Positions 1 through 15,370 of a DNA stretch of 64,000 bases are shown piece by piece. This DNA is from Octopus sinensis (lineage: Eukaryota). The position numbers and the translations under genes were made by a program. The stretch spans positions 1 to 64,000 of the forward strand of contig NW_021832267.1 in the NCBI RefSeq assembly GCF_006345805.1. Reading direction: 5' to 3'. The notes beneath the pieces were generated by a model. That model saw nothing but the letters and a program-made list of their open reading frames with translations, made no database searches and was not told where the DNA came from. Each line of letters starts with the position of its first letter. The stretch's first letter is position 1.

Positions 1-65
1 CATCATCATTATTTTTGCTGGTACTGATAGTAACAGCAGCAGCAGCAGTAGCAGCAGTAGTAGTT

Positions 66-117
<52 letters not shown>

Positions 118-909
118 GAGGAGGAGGAGGAGGAATAATGGGCACAGAAGATGGATGGCTGAATTAAAGATTCAGAATATTTCACGGTTTATTGTGTCTG
201 CTCTCAGACACAATCTTTGCTTTTCATCTTTTCTTGGTGTATAAAAGTGTTATGTACAATTGAAGTGCTGGGGGTTCACATCCCCTACTTTGTGGATTTG
301 TTAGAAATTATTCATTACATTTATCTGAACTGTGGGTTGAAACCCCACCCGGTCAAGATTTCTTTCATCTTTTCGGGATCGATAAATAAATTACCAACCC
401 GGGATGGTAGGTTGGCGAAATTTTTAGGGTGACGAACGAGATGCATTGTCGTTTCTATTCCGGCTCTATACATTATAAGTTCGAATTCCATCACCTGCCC
501 CCGGCTTTGACATGATGGCATATTAAAGAGCCGGAACCTGCTAACGGTGACAAGTAGGGTCTCGTGTGTCAGACGCAATGGCTCATCGACTTGAACTACA
601 TCTCGGTCGCATCAGTATTTGGTAAATTTGGATCTTGCATTTTAGTGGAACAGTTGTTAGAGCGACATGGCATACTTAAAGGGTGAATCGGAAGATTCGA
701 CAGATTTGTTAGAGCAAAGCCACAAATATACGTGACGAATTGGATAGAATATCTCACGATATTCGATTTGACAGTCAACGCTCTGAGCTCAAATTCCAGC
801 ATGCCAATATGAGTGGTAGACTCGATTTGTTACCTGGTCTAATACCACTACATGGCAATTTGGGTGACTTTAGCCGAGTTTACTCTGTTGTAAGCATACG
901 GAGAGGTAT

Positions 910-1127
910 CCTATTTCTTTACTACCCACAGTGGACAAACAAGGACAGACAAATAATTAAGTCGATTATATCGACCCCAGAGCGTAACTGGTACTTATTT
1001 AATCGATCCCGAAAGGATGAAAGGCAAAGTCGACCTCGGCGGAATTTGAACTCAGAACGTAGTGGCAGACGAAATACCGCTAAGCATTTCGTCCGGCGTG
1101 CTAACGTTTCTGCCAGCTCGCCGCCTT
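910..1127 (-). mobile_element. tRNA-headed SINE, family A (Octopus-type; central core GTCGACTTTGCCTTTCATCCTTTCGGGGTCGATAAA)
   Basis: Minus strand begins AAGGCGGCGAGCTGGCAGAAACGTTAGC (A-box-like) and contains GAGTTCAAATTCC (B-box); same sequence recurs at 37031, 40677 and 50236. Confidence 0.9.
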
Positions 1128-2015
1128 TCTAAGATGGTATCCTATGATACCATCCTTGCTGCTTCCTACTAGTTTCGGAGAGTCTATGGAAGATCATGGG
1201 AACTAACGTTACCTCTGTCTAAAAAATATAAACAATAAATAGATGAATTATTCAAAATGTTAGCAGTATATCTCCAAGTATTGGCTATCTGCTACCCTCG
1301 GGATCACTTCTGATGAGGACAGCTAGAGATATAATGTTATCCAATGTCTTAAGTGATAACTGCAGATTCAACAACTGTTCCCAGTCTCACTTTTTTAGCC
1401 TCTCTTTGTCTTATAGATTATGTATTATTAATACAGCGCAGCCGCAATCATGCTTTCTGTCGTTGGTGTTGGTGTTGTGTTTGCTGTTCTTGTTATTGAT
1501 GATGATGATGATGATGATGATATTTTTTTTGTACCTTTAATCAGAAACCTTTGAGTCATTGTTAGCCTTTGATAGCTTTTATAATAGTTTAACTTCTCTT
1601 CTGTCAAGTCTTAAAAGGTATTGACAATAAAATGTCATTTTTTCCTTCACTTCACTGATACTTTAGTGCTTTTTTCGGGAGTACCTCTTTCATTTCCTAT
1701 TCCGTATCAGTTTTTCTTTTTATATCTACCATTTCACTTGTTTATATTTGTCTACCCTCTTTCTTTTTCTATGTGTCTCTATTATTTTTTAGTCTATCTT
1801 CTTGTGTTCCTGTTCTTGTTCCCTTCTTCTGGTAATCACTCACTCATTACCCTTTAATACGTATTTGTATTTTATTCATTTTTATTCCTTTTGTGACTAC
1901 TTTATAATAGTCATCTCTTCTATATAATATCCCCTTTTCTCTTTCTCTCTCTCCTATGTGTACGTACGTATATATATATATATATTAATATATATTATAT
2001 ATATATATATATAGA

Positions 2016-2046
<31 letters not shown>

Positions 2047-2235
2047 TGTATATATTATATACATATATGGATATATATATGTATATATATATATAAATAT
2101 AAATATATATATATTTATATATGTATATGTATATATATATATATTATATATATATATATATAATATATATGTAATATATATATATATGTATATATATGTG
2201 TATTATATATATAAATAGAAATATATATATATATT

Positions 2236-2266
<31 letters not shown>

Positions 2267-2280
2267 TATATTATAATATA

Positions 2281-2320
<40 letters not shown>

Positions 2321-2854
2321 GTATATGTATATGTATATATATATATACGTGTGTGTGCTTAGTAGATGTATTCTATCCATTATCGAGTTAAGTGGTTGAA
2401 AAATAGTTAATGCTAAAAAAACACAAGCATTAAAAAGTCAACGTAATGATCACAAATCTACGATAAAAATAAAAATAACGAAATAAATAAAAATATTAAA
2501 ATTATATGATTTGTTTACGAATTATATTTTTGTTTTGTTTTCGACAAACAAGAATAACTTGGGACAATGTTTCGATCTTATGTTAACTCTTCAGCAAAAA
2601 TGAAGATGCGGTAGTATACCGAAATACAGAAATACTATCGGTCAAATACTGAGCTCCGTTATTGCTTTGATTTCTTCCTTGGTATGTGATATTTTATTTA
2701 ACCTCAGGGAAACTCAGATCCTGCAAACTTGTGAGGAAAGACGTTCGTCATAATTGTCTTTGCATTTTTTTTTTGTTTTTGTAGTTGTGTGAGATGCCAT
2801 TAATTACATGTGGCTCGCCTCGTTTCCATTTCAAAGAGGTTACTCTATGGCATA

Positions 2855-2928
<74 letters not shown>

Positions 2929-2982
2929 AAAACTGGACAGGATAAAAAAGAAATTGCTCCTTGCCCGTTACTTAGTCTCATT

Positions 2983-3423
2983 AAGATGGCGAGCTGACAA
3001 AATCGTTAGCGCGTCGGAAAAAAAATTCTTGCTGAATTTCTTCTGACTTTTTATATTCAGACTTCAAATCTCGCCGAGGTCAACTTTGTCTTTTACTCTT
3101 CAGGGGCTGATAGAAATGAATACTAGTCTAGTACTGGCGTCGATGAAATTGCCTTTCACTTCCTTTCAAAGTTGCTGTCTTTGTGCAATAGCAGCAATTA
3201 CAGAACGGCTGGGTGGAGAATCGTTAAAGAATCTAACAAACCGCCTTGCGGTAGTAAACTGCATCATTGCGTTCTGATTTCGTATCTCACCAAAGTCAAA
3301 TTTGCTTATCAACTTTTCAGGGTAGATGAAATACAGTATATGTCAAGTACTAGGGTCGATAGTATCTATTAACTTCTTCCTCTCAAACCTGGTGGCCTTG
3401 GGTTAAAATTAGAAGCAATTATT
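2983..3423 (+). mobile_element. Two adjacent decayed family A SINEs
   Basis: AAGATGGCGAGCTGACAAAATCGTTAGC ... GCCGAGGTCAACTTTGTCTTTT, followed by a second more diverged copy from about 3203. Confidence 0.7.
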
Positions 3424-3487
3424 ATCCAGTCTAATTCTTTTCTGCTTCAGAGCGTGCACAACACACACACGCATATATATATATATA

Positions 3488-3670
3488 TAATTATTATCAA
3501 AATTATAATTTAGGGTATCTAAGAGATACCAGCATGCTGAAAATAGCAATCAAAACCTGACTCTAAAACCACATTAAAGTGAACATTTTATTGTGGTTTT
3601 TATTGTGTGTTTTTTTTTTATTGTGGTGGTATCTCTTAGATACCCTGAATTATAATTTTAATAATAATTA
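3488..3670. repeat. 44-bp inverted repeat (3488-3531 / 3627-3670) beside (TA)n
   Basis: Arms match at 42 of 44 positions by manual comparison; spacer about 95 bp. Confidence 0.85.
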
Positions 3671-3744
3671 TTACCTTTGAAGGTTTTTATTCCCATGTTG
3701 GTCACTTGATAAGATCGATATTTAAATTAACGATCTTATCCTTA

Positions 3745-3804
<60 letters not shown>

Positions 3805-3838
3805 CATCTATCTATCTATCTATCTATCTCTCTTTCTT

Positions 3839-3900
<62 letters not shown>

Positions 3901-4724
3901 CACTTCAGTAATGTAGCTTCAGCATTTCCCTTTCTCCTTTCGGACGAGGAGCTATGCTGGAAACGCCAAAAGCTCTCTCTTTTTACTAAGTGTCAAACTA
4001 ATACATTTCTCGTGCACGCCCTCTTGCAATCTTATTAATTTTATTTTCCGTTTATTTGAATTGTCTCTATATATGTATGTATGTGATTTTTTTTTTGTGT
4101 GTGTGTATGTATATAAGTATATATAGATGTGAGTGTGTGTATGTATGCACCCATTTATGTATCGTTTAAGTATGCAAGAATGAAGGAGTTTTATATAATT
4201 AAAACGTCTTTAAAGTCAAGGGCTACATAGTTTATAATCTCCATAATTTCAATTAATTGATTTTATTGGCATTATCTCCCATTTTGTATCTTTTTTTATT
4301 TGTTAAACAAGCCGAGAAGGACATTTTTCAACTTCTTATCTTATAAATGGAACTTCTAATGATCTCGTACTTTTTTCTCCCCAATATCGATCATAGTCAT
4401 AATCAACGTCGCTACTCTTCCTATATCTATATACATTTATGTGAAATATACTCTGTTGTATAATAATAAGACTCAAACATGTCCGTTACTTCTACCACTT
4501 AGCGTAAAAATCGAAATATATTTCCACCTGAATCTTCTCTAGTTTCTAAAACTTGCAGTTGATTTTTAAACGAATTATCTCTTAAGTTCCTCGTTTTTAT
4601 CTTTTCAGACATATGTGTAGGAAGCTTTTATATTGAAACTGAATGGAAAACTCAGTAATTTGAAGTTTTTTCCATCCATCTATCTATCAATCCCTCTGTC
4701 TCTCTGTTTATTTATGTATCTGGT

Positions 4725-4764
<40 letters not shown>

Positions 4765-5473
4765 TTATAGACCACTTATACTTAACGAATACGCACCATG
4801 TATTTGCTGGTAGGGTGCAATTTGACAACTCGTCAGGTGTTAAAACACCAGGTAGTCATGGACAGGCCAGAGAACTCCCCCAAGATCCCACTCAGTAGTG
4901 ATGGACATCAATGTTTTGCCATTGTCGCTTATCAACATCACGTACCGGAAGCTAATCGGCAGCGAATCATACCGCCGGTCCATGACTTATTTGTATACAG
5001 TTTCTCTGTTATCTACATGCGTAATGTCTTTCGCGTGTTTGCAGAATATTATACATTAGTAATATCAACATTCTAAATGTTTAAGCCTCTCGTTGTTACA
5101 CAAAGTTATTAAACGGTTTTAATTCGACTGCCAAAATGTACCCTCATCTGGATATTTGAACTAGTAAATATTTTCTAGCTGTGCACTTTGGTTTATGTCT
5201 GATAGTAAAACTGTAGTATATGTTACTAATTTCTTCGTTATTGATTTTTTTATTGTTGTAATACAAAATACTGGAAGATTATGTAAGTTGACGCTTCAGG
5301 TTACATCTACCAAATATGAAGAGGCGAGTAAGCTCAGTGTCATTACATCCTCTGCTCTCTAAATCTAAACGTTTTAGTGAGAGAACAGTTTTTCCTTTGT
5401 TGTTTATCTATCTGCCTATTTATCAACATATACACACAAATACATACATGCATATATCTAACATATATATTAA

Positions 5474-5508
<35 letters not shown>

Positions 5509-5751
5509 ATTATATATATATATATTATATATATATTATATATATATATATATATATACGTGCATATATACATATATGTATAGAGATTGCTAGCTGGTTA
5601 ATTAACTAGCTTTCTGGCTATTACTTATTGTCTGTCTGCCTGGCTATTCATCATATATATATACCTACAGAACTATTTCCATATACAGACTATTTACAAC
5701 ATTTATAATATATATATATATATATTCATACAGGCAGATAGATATGGAAAC

Positions 5752-5849
<98 letters not shown>

Positions 5850-6353
5850 TCAGAAAGCTACACGCTTACACAAGAACATCCCAATTAATTTTTTTTCACC
5901 TCTATCTATAGTTTTTTTCTAGTTTATTTGTATCTCGTCATCTCTTTATTATTCTTTCTTTCTTCTCTCTCTATCTTTCAGTGTTTCTCCCCCTCTCACC
6001 CATCCCTGTTTTATCCATATTTATTCCTCCCTCACACCTCATACCCACCCTCCAACTGCTTGTTTCCCAACAAACTCTTTATTATTGGAAACTTCTCTTT
6101 GACAGTTCTTATTCATCCTTCAACTTGCTGATCCCTCTGCCACCTAGCACTTACCCCTCTCAGCACAATACCTCTATACATACATATATATATATACATA
6201 AACATACTTACATCTGTACATACAGACACATTCATGCATACGTAATTATATACTTAGATCGACATATATGCAAATATTCATATATCCATATATGCATATC
6301 TGTTTAAATATACACACAAAGAAATTCATACACACATAGACATATATAAACAG

Positions 6354-6392
<39 letters not shown>

Positions 6393-7719
6393 TCATACAT
6401 TATAGATACATGCATAAGAACATACATACATATATACATACATACATACATACATACATACATACATAGACATTTACACAATCATGTGTGTGTGTGTGTG
6501 TGTACGATTGTCTCATACTCTCACTCCAGCCAAACTCACACTCACTTTCTGTAATCTACAACTGATCTCACGCATTTCATATTCTCTCTTCAATATCTTC
6601 CCTCATGTTTTCTTCCTTTCCAACGGTTGTCTTTCATTTTTCCTTCCTTCTTTCTTTCCTACCTTCCTTCTTTCCTTCAATTCTCTCCTTTCTGCTCTTT
6701 TTTTTTCTTTTGCCTCTTTCGTCTTCCTGCTTTTCTTTCTGTTCTCCATTTCTTCGCTTCTTTCTTCCATTTTGTTTCCTGACATCTTTCGTGGGTTTCT
6801 TTCATTCATTCCCTGTCTATTTATTTTCTATAATTTCATTCTTCAATTCATGTTTTCTTTGCATGTCTCTATATACGTTTCAATTTCCCTTTGTCTTCTG
6901 CACTTCTTTCTCTCTCACCATCCCTCACTCACTCTGTCTGTGTCTGTCTCTTTCTCTCCCAACCTCTCTCTCTCTCTCATTATGTTCAAAAGTCTTTCTA
7001 AAATTTCTCACTTTCTCGGTCACCACAACTACCACAACAAACATTTTCACCACCACTGAGAGCACCACCACCAATACTACCACCAGCAGCACCATCACTA
7101 ATAACAACAGCACTAATAACATCACAAACCATCCAAGCAGGAGCCTCTACGTGGAGGCTCCTCCTTGAAGAAATGGGTCTCTCGCTCGGCCTGGTACAAA
7201 CACGACACCAAATCTCTCTCAAATTGTACACAATTTGGGTAATGCATTCCTGACAGATAGAAAAAGGCGTGATGGTCGCGGCTAGAGCGTCTTTGATCAT
7301 GGGCGTGCACATTAAGGGCTAACCAGGGCAAACAATGATAATACCATCACTTTCATTACAGCTAATGCCCTCATCGAGTACAACGCCATCAGAACCACTG
7401 TCGGCAGCATCGCCAACGCCAACATCGCCACGGTCACCGCTAACATTATCACTAACGCCACAATATAGCTTGTGTTTTTGCCTTGCCATTTCACTCATTC
7501 TGATGACTGTCCATTCGCTCTGCTAAGTCGGCTGTCGATTGCCATTAATAATTGTAGAAAGATTAGCAGACGACATAGATGAGCAAGAAGAAAGATGTCA
7601 GAAAAAAAACTGGTTTTATGTGTATGAGGGAGAGGAGGGGAAAGAGAGGGAGGGAGAGAGGGAGGGAGAGAGGGAGAAAGAGCTTGTGTGTATATCCGTA
7701 TGTGTGCGTATGTGTATCT

Positions 7720-7767
7720 GTTTATATGTGTATATAAGTGTATATGCATATGGAAATGATGTATATG

Positions 7768-7808
<41 letters not shown>

Positions 7809-8005
7809 CACATAAATATACATATATATGTAATATATATATATATATAATATATATACATAAATATACATATATATGTAATATATATATATATATATAT
7901 TTCATATTTATATATCTACATATACACTCACACACATAAATATATATAAGTAAATATATAAATAAAAACTTTGAGCGTATATGGAATATATGATCATATA
8001 AACTT

Positions 8006-8045
<40 letters not shown>

Positions 8046-8110
8046 ACATATATATACATATATGTGTGTGTATGTATGTATATACATCTTTATATACATA
8101 ATAAATATAT

Positions 8111-8156
<46 letters not shown>

Positions 8157-8488
8157 ACTAATCATATACAGACACACACACACACATATATGTATATATA
8201 TATATGTACATATACATAACATATGCAGGTGCATATGCTCATATGCATATCTGCATATATCTGTATATATATTGAATAAACAAACAAATAAAGAGGCACT
8301 CTATTCTTTTGCAGCTTATTTATCCTTTTGCAATAGATTAGTGCGAACGGAAAATTACATACCAGCATTCCAGGCAGGGTCCGGTTTGCTAGCGTAACTC
8401 AACGACACAACGACAGTCTGCAGTAAAGATGGCACCATGATAAGACATCATTTGAAAACAAGCGCATACACACACACACACAAACACA

Positions 8489-8544
<56 letters not shown>

Positions 8545-8729
8545 AATTGCATATACAACAAACATACGCCACACACATTCTTATAAGCATGTCAACAAGC
8601 ATATACGTACGTACATACTCACACTGACAGTGTGTGCATCTGTATGCGTTTACGAACGGATATATTTTATATATGTATATATATATATATGTTGGTGTGG
8701 TATATATGTATATGAATATATATATATTA

Positions 8730-8778
<49 letters not shown>

Positions 8779-8809
8779 CGTGTGTGTGTATATATAAAAA
8801 TATATACAC

Positions 8810-8844
<35 letters not shown>

Positions 8845-9344
8845 GTCTATATATATATATATAATTATAATATAATATTTTTTGTGTTTCTGCATATATG
8901 CGCGTTATGAAATATGTAAAATATAACACACTTTTTTGGGTGTAAAGTGTATGTATATGCACACGAATTTGCGTACGAATATATATGTGTGTACGTGTCT
9001 GTATAATTATATATGTGTGTATACATATAGGTGTGTTTGTGTGAAGTATATGTATACATGTATTTATGTATACATACATGTTTATATATATACAACTATA
9101 TATATATAATAAGCGTATTTACATCTACGTATGGACATGTAATATATCTATAAGGTGTATATGTACGTATGTGTGTATATATATACATATATATATGTGT
9201 GTATTATATATATATATATTATATATATATATATATATATAGATATATATATATATATGTACATATCTGCATGCATGTGTGTGTATAATCATATATGTGT
9301 GTATACATATAGGTGTGTTTGTGTGAATATATACGTATGTGGGT

Positions 9345-9386
<42 letters not shown>

Positions 9387-9451
9387 TATATATATGTATT
9401 ATATATATGCATTTATATATGTATATATATATATATATATATTATATTGCA

Positions 9452-9546
<95 letters not shown>

Positions 9547-10903
9547 TGCATATATGCATGCAGATATGTATATCCGCATGTTTGTGTATGAAACAAAACA
9601 AAAAACACATAGAGGTAAAGAAGGGAGACAATAATGTATGGGGTTTGGAAAATATAAGGACACTCACGCAGGCGCAAACACACATAGCAATACTCATGCA
9701 CACACGGACACTCGTTAGATATACACACATACACAGACACATACATAAATACAGAAGCATACACAGACATACAAACGCACAACAGTGGCACAGACGCATT
9801 CATACAGACCCACAGTCACACAGCACCCCACTCAAAAATGCCACATCCATTATAGAGAAATATAGAAAAAAAATAGGGAGAACAAAAACAAATACACAAC
9901 AATAAGAAATCAACAACAACAACAGACAGAATGAGGTAGGAAAATTGAGAAAATTATGAAAGATAGCCTAACTGTACCCCCGTCGCTTCCTGCCCCGCTC
10001 CTTCTCTCGAAAAGACGGAGTTGAGTAAGAAAGTCGAAGTGAAAAGAGCATGGGTGGGAGGTAGAATATTGTTATAATGTACTCGTTTGAAATGACTAAA
10101 TGACGAGAGAAGAAATAGCGAAAGTAGAGAATAAAGGAGAAAATAATGGAGATAATCCTGCTACAACCAGCACCGTTGCCACCATCGCAGGTACAGCCGC
10201 AATCATCGCCGCTGCCAATACTACGACTATCTACTATCCCTACCATCAAGGCACAAAACAACAACAAGAACAACAACGACAGCAATAGTTATAACGCCAA
10301 TGAAGAAAAACAACAGCAACAACAACCCCAAAAAATTACGAAGCAAACTATGATGTATTAAGAGTTACATAGAGGAAATACAAGTAAAATTGTGTGTGTG
10401 TCTGTGTGTGTGTGTAAGTATTCAAATACACTATACATTTATATATATATATTATAAACGTATGTATATATAGGTATATATGTATGTATATGTATTTATA
10501 TTTATATATATATATATATAAATATGAATATTTGTATGTATAAAATTTCATATCTATTCATATATATATGTATACATATATATACATATATATTCATATA
10601 TATATATAATAGCTATACATATATAGTATATATATATATATATATATATTACATATATATATATGTATATATACATATATATACATATTATTATACATAT
10701 ATGTAACATATATATACATATGTATAGATATAAAAATTTTATATATATACAAATTTTACTAATTTATATATATATATATAAGAGAGAGAGGAGAGAGAGA
10801 GAGAGAGAGAAGAGATGAGAGAGAGAGGGAGAGGGGAGAGAGAGTTGAGGGAGAGAGAGTGAGAGAGAGAGCTTGGAGAGAGAGATGAGAGAGAGAGAGA
10901 GGA

Positions 10904-10942
<39 letters not shown>

Positions 10943-11724
10943 AGAATACACTCATATGTATACATATACGTATATAGTACAGGAAAACAATAACGTTAGA
11001 ATGACCAAAAAAGTGCAATAAAATTATATAATATGTGCATGCATGAATATATATTTATATAGATTGCCTAAGTGTATGTGTGTATAAGTATGTATAAGTA
11101 TATTTATGTATGTTTCTTATATATATATGTGTGTGTATATATATATATATACATATATATTAATACACAAGCACATATTTATATGTAAATACATATAATA
11201 TATATATGTGTATAAATGTATGTATGCATGTATGTGCTTATGTATGAATGTACATAGGAATGTATGCAGGTTTACAAGACGTATACGCCTATGTTTATGT
11301 ATGTGTGCGGGCGTGTGTGTGAGTATGTGTGGTTATAATTGAAAAATATATAGGACAACAACATTAAGGTGAAGGAAAAAAAATTACAGTCAAGCAGATG
11401 ATGAGGGAAAAAAATCAGAAAAATGAAGGGAAGTAATGGACGATAAAGAGACGTTTGGTAAATATGGTGTTAGTATATGTATATAGATTAGGGATAACAC
11501 ACACATACTCATACAGGCATACACATGCATACATATAGATGAATATAGATTACAGTAACGCTCCGACACACATACACTTACACATGCTCAAACATACTTA
11601 TTTACATGCATACATATATATATATATATGTATATATATATTATTTTGATTAAATGCGTGTGTACGTATATATATGTATAATCATATATATGGACATATA
11701 TGCATATATATCTATAGCTATATC

Positions 11725-11800
<76 letters not shown>

Positions 11801-12514
11801 TATAAATACGCATTCATATATATATATACATATACGTATATACATTTACACATATATATATATATTACATATGATAATGTATATGTACTTATATATTTGT
11901 ACGTGCACTTATATATGTGTGTATATATCCGTTTGTGCTCCAGTATGTATATACATATATATGTTATCTATGTACGTATGTACGTACATATGTATTTATG
12001 TATATTCAATCACATGCATACGCACTTATAAATATCTAACATACATATATACAATTAGATTAAAGGAGACTAGAAATGGCATTCGTTTTTTATTATTTGG
12101 TTTGAGATTGAGAGGCTGCAAGAATAATTGTTAGCAATCAAATCAGAGATTAGTGTAAGACATAAGATGGAAATATAGACGCACAGGGGGAGAGAACTGT
12201 GTTAGTTGGACAAATGTCTTTTGTCAAGTTGTGATATAGCTTAATATATCATTATGTTCTTTCATGGCGTTCAATGTTAAATAAGTTTACTAATCAATAA
12301 TTACTAGTTCATAGACATGCATATGTGTATTATCTTTGCACGCGTGTATATAAGTATGAACAATGATGCACGCGTGTGTGTATGTGTGTATGCATACATA
12401 TATATATGTATATATATGTATGTATGTATGTATACATATACATATACCTACATACATATATATTATGTTAACATACATCTCCAGTAAGAAACGTCATTTT
12501 AAATATATATATAC

Positions 12515-12571
<57 letters not shown>

Positions 12572-12808
12572 TATATAGATATATATATATATTCATATAG
12601 ATATATACATCATGATAGATCGCTAGCCCACTAAACATTCTTTATTTTCTTTCCCTGTTTTTTTTTCTGTGTTCCTTTCTGTCGAAGAGCTTAGGCTCGA
12701 AACGTTTGAAAAATTTTTTAATTCCCGAGCGTTAAACTAATACATCTGTTTGTTGTCTACACCACCTGTGTTCGTCTTTTGTTTCTTTTTTTTGTGAATT
12801 CTCCCTAA

Positions 12809-12850
<42 letters not shown>

Positions 12851-12935
12851 GTTTTAATATATATATAATATGTATGTATTATATTGTATGTATGTATATA
12901 TATATATATACATACCTGTATATATATATATATGT

Positions 12936-13001
<66 letters not shown>

Positions 13002-13030
13002 ATAGATAGATAGATATATATATATGCTCT
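7720..13030. repeat. Extended (TA)n/(CA)n/(GA)n compound microsatellite region
   Basis: Direct reading; representative of many such tracts (1965-2350, 25610-26560, 35470-35900, 42420-43400, 61240-62350). Confidence 0.9.
12610..12808 (+). mobile_element. Non-coding mini-element with hammerhead-like motif (12675-12710), in (TA)n
   Basis: CTTT-CTGTCGAA-GAGC-TTAG-GCTC-GAAAC-GTT; whole element is homologous to 46036-46200 (minus strand). Confidence 0.75.
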
Positions 13031-14345
13031 GTATGTATTTATGTCGTATATATTTTCTTAAGCGTGTTGATGACTTCGATTCGATTCCAGTTAGCGGCAC
13101 CTTGTTAATGTATTTTCTATCCGTAACTCGGGTCGATCGTAGATTTGTGTGCAAATTTAACCAGCTGCCTGCTGTGTTTAATTTAGTACTATGGACTGCG
13201 TATCCTATATAAATTATCAATAGCATTATACACTGTATGGGTCTGAGTCTGCTTTATGATTATATAAATGATTTCATGATTAGAAATGTTCTTTTAAACT
13301 CAACTACTTATAGGATTACCCAACCATTGTCGATTTTATCAACGAAATGTCAAAGGCATAGACATCTATTTTAGAAACATGCTAACGAAACTCTCTTCGG
13401 GAGGTGACACTATAAGACTATTTTTGTTTCCATTTAAGAAATATCAGAAATTGCGAATTGTGCATTCTTTCAATGGAAAAAAATTGTTTAGTTTTAATTC
13501 GCAAAATAATTCCCTGGATTAAAATGAAATTATTGGTATATATTTAACAGAAATAGCGCAAATTTTCTTTTAACAAAGATACGGAATTTTTTTTCTTGTC
13601 ACGAATTCAAATAAGAGTCAGCAGCGGCAGGTATTGAATTTTTAAAAATCAAATTCAAAATCGACTTTCAAAATGGATTCTTATCGCAAAAAGGTTCCGA
13701 TACTCCTCCAACAAATTCTATAGGCTTACTGCCATATGAGGAATTTTTGTTATTGTACACATTTCATTTTTTCAGTTGCCAAATGATCGTTAAAATTGAA
13801 GCAGGAAAGCATTTCTTCATTTTTCAAAGTAAAAGTAAAACTATATTGTAAATTTTATTTCCACTTCTGGGTGGAAAATTTCATAATAAAAAGTGTGAGA
13901 AATGTTGGTGCTCCTTAAAGTTTGTGATGCTTTAATTATATTATCATCAATAATTACTACAGTTTTATAATTTGATAAATTCAATCACTTACACTTGAGC
14001 AAGAAATTTTGTCCTTCACTTAATTAAAAATAAAAATGAAAATCACTGTGGCAATTTTTGTGTAGGCCACGACAAAAATCTCGTTCAACAAATGAACTGA
14101 TTTTGGATCATCAAAGCTATTAATTTTAGTTTCGTTTGAGTCCAAGAAGCAAAACCTTGAAATTAAACTGTAAATTAAAAGGACATCCGATAAACATTGA
14201 ATAGTGTCAACGTGAAAAATGCAATCAGAAATATAATTTCCCGTTGTCTAAAATCGTTCAGGGGCAATTTGTTGCTCTAAATGTTCCACATTCATGTAGA
14301 GTAAAATTGAAAATAAAAGACATTATGCATTATTTTAATAAGATG

Positions 14346-14555
14346 GAAGGTGGCAAGTTGACAAGGATCGTCAGCATGCCAGGCAAAAGGCTTTGTGACA
14401 TTTCGTCCATGTTTACTTTCTGAGTTTAAATTCCCTGGAGGTCGACTTTGCCTTTCATCTTTTCAGGATCGATAAAATAAGTACCAATTGAGCCGTGGGA
14501 TCGATGTACTCGTCTTAGCCCTTTCCCTCAAATTGCTGTTTTTGTGCAAATTTTG
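14346..14555 (+). mobile_element. Family A SINE, decayed
   Basis: Contains GAGGTCGACTTTGCCTTTCATCTTTTCAGGATCGATAAAATAAGTACC core and a degenerate tRNA head. Confidence 0.8.
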
Positions 14556-14877
14556 CTATTAAATATCAAATATGTGGCTTGTTTTTAAGTGTACAACCGT
14601 AAAGTTTTACTTTTTGTCGGAAAGTTTGCAATAACCCTCAAACAAAAATTTCTCAGTTGCACATGTGACTTTCCTGAAATTTTACATGACTCAACTTACT
14701 GAATTCTTACATCCACCCCTATTTTGGGAACCTCCTGGCGCATACTGTAATACAATAGATGAGAAATTTTGCTGATCGTACATTTGAAATGGTCATTGCT
14801 AAAACTAACGGATGGGCCACATGTGCATTTATATATATATATATCCATGTGTGTGTATATCTTTATGTTTTTGCTTA

Positions 14878-15048
14878 TCCTCCACCACTGCTTGACAATT
14901 GGTGTGGGTTTGTTTATGACCCCGTAACTTACCATTTCGGCAAAAACAGGTCAATGGAATAAATGCCGGGGTTGTCGACTAAACAATTTAAACTAAAGCG
15001 TTGCCCCATCATGGCCGCAATGCAATGATTAAAGCAAGGAAAAGATAA
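14878..15048 (+). mobile_element. 3' portion of family C SINE
   Basis: GACAATTGGTGTGGGTTTGTTTATGACCCCGTAACTTA ... CATGGCCGCAATGCAATGATTAAAGCAAG matches the reverse complement of 30411-30580. Confidence 0.65.
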
Positions 15049-15152
15049 ACGATTATCACTGAATTTTTTGTCTGTCATTAGACACTATTTAAGTTCCATA
15101 TATATTCAAGTACATATCTGAGTTTCTTGAATTAATTTATGTCGCTTCACGT

Positions 15153-15370
15153 AAGGTGGTGCGCTGGAATAATCGTTAGCATGCCAGGCAAAATGTTTGG
15201 CGGCATTTCGTCCGTCTTTGCATTCTGGGAGCAAATTCCGCCGATGTCGACTTTGCCTTTCATCCTTGCGGAGTCGATAAAGTAAGTATCAGTTTAGCAC
15301 TGAAGTCAATGTAATCGACTAGCCCCCGTCTCCGAAATTGCTGGCCTTGTGCCAAGATTTGAAAACAATT
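15153..15370 (+). mobile_element. Family A SINE
   Basis: AAGGTGGTGCGCTGGAATAATCGTTAGC head; GTCGACTTTGCCTTTCATCC core; tail GGCCTTGTGCCAAGATTTGAAA. Confidence 0.8.

Noticed and set aside
1305-1356. CTGATGA-GGAC...GTCT hammerhead-like start
   Set aside because: No GAAA or stem III follows.
2144-13226. Many YIYI, CVCV, THTH and LSLS ORFs (also throughout the window)
   Set aside because: Translations of (TA)n, (CA)n and (GA)n microsatellites that lack stops by composition; no domain or splice structure.
13230-14340. AT-rich unique stretch that may be an old DNA-transposon coding relic
   Set aside because: No motif I could translate convincingly; needs BLASTX.
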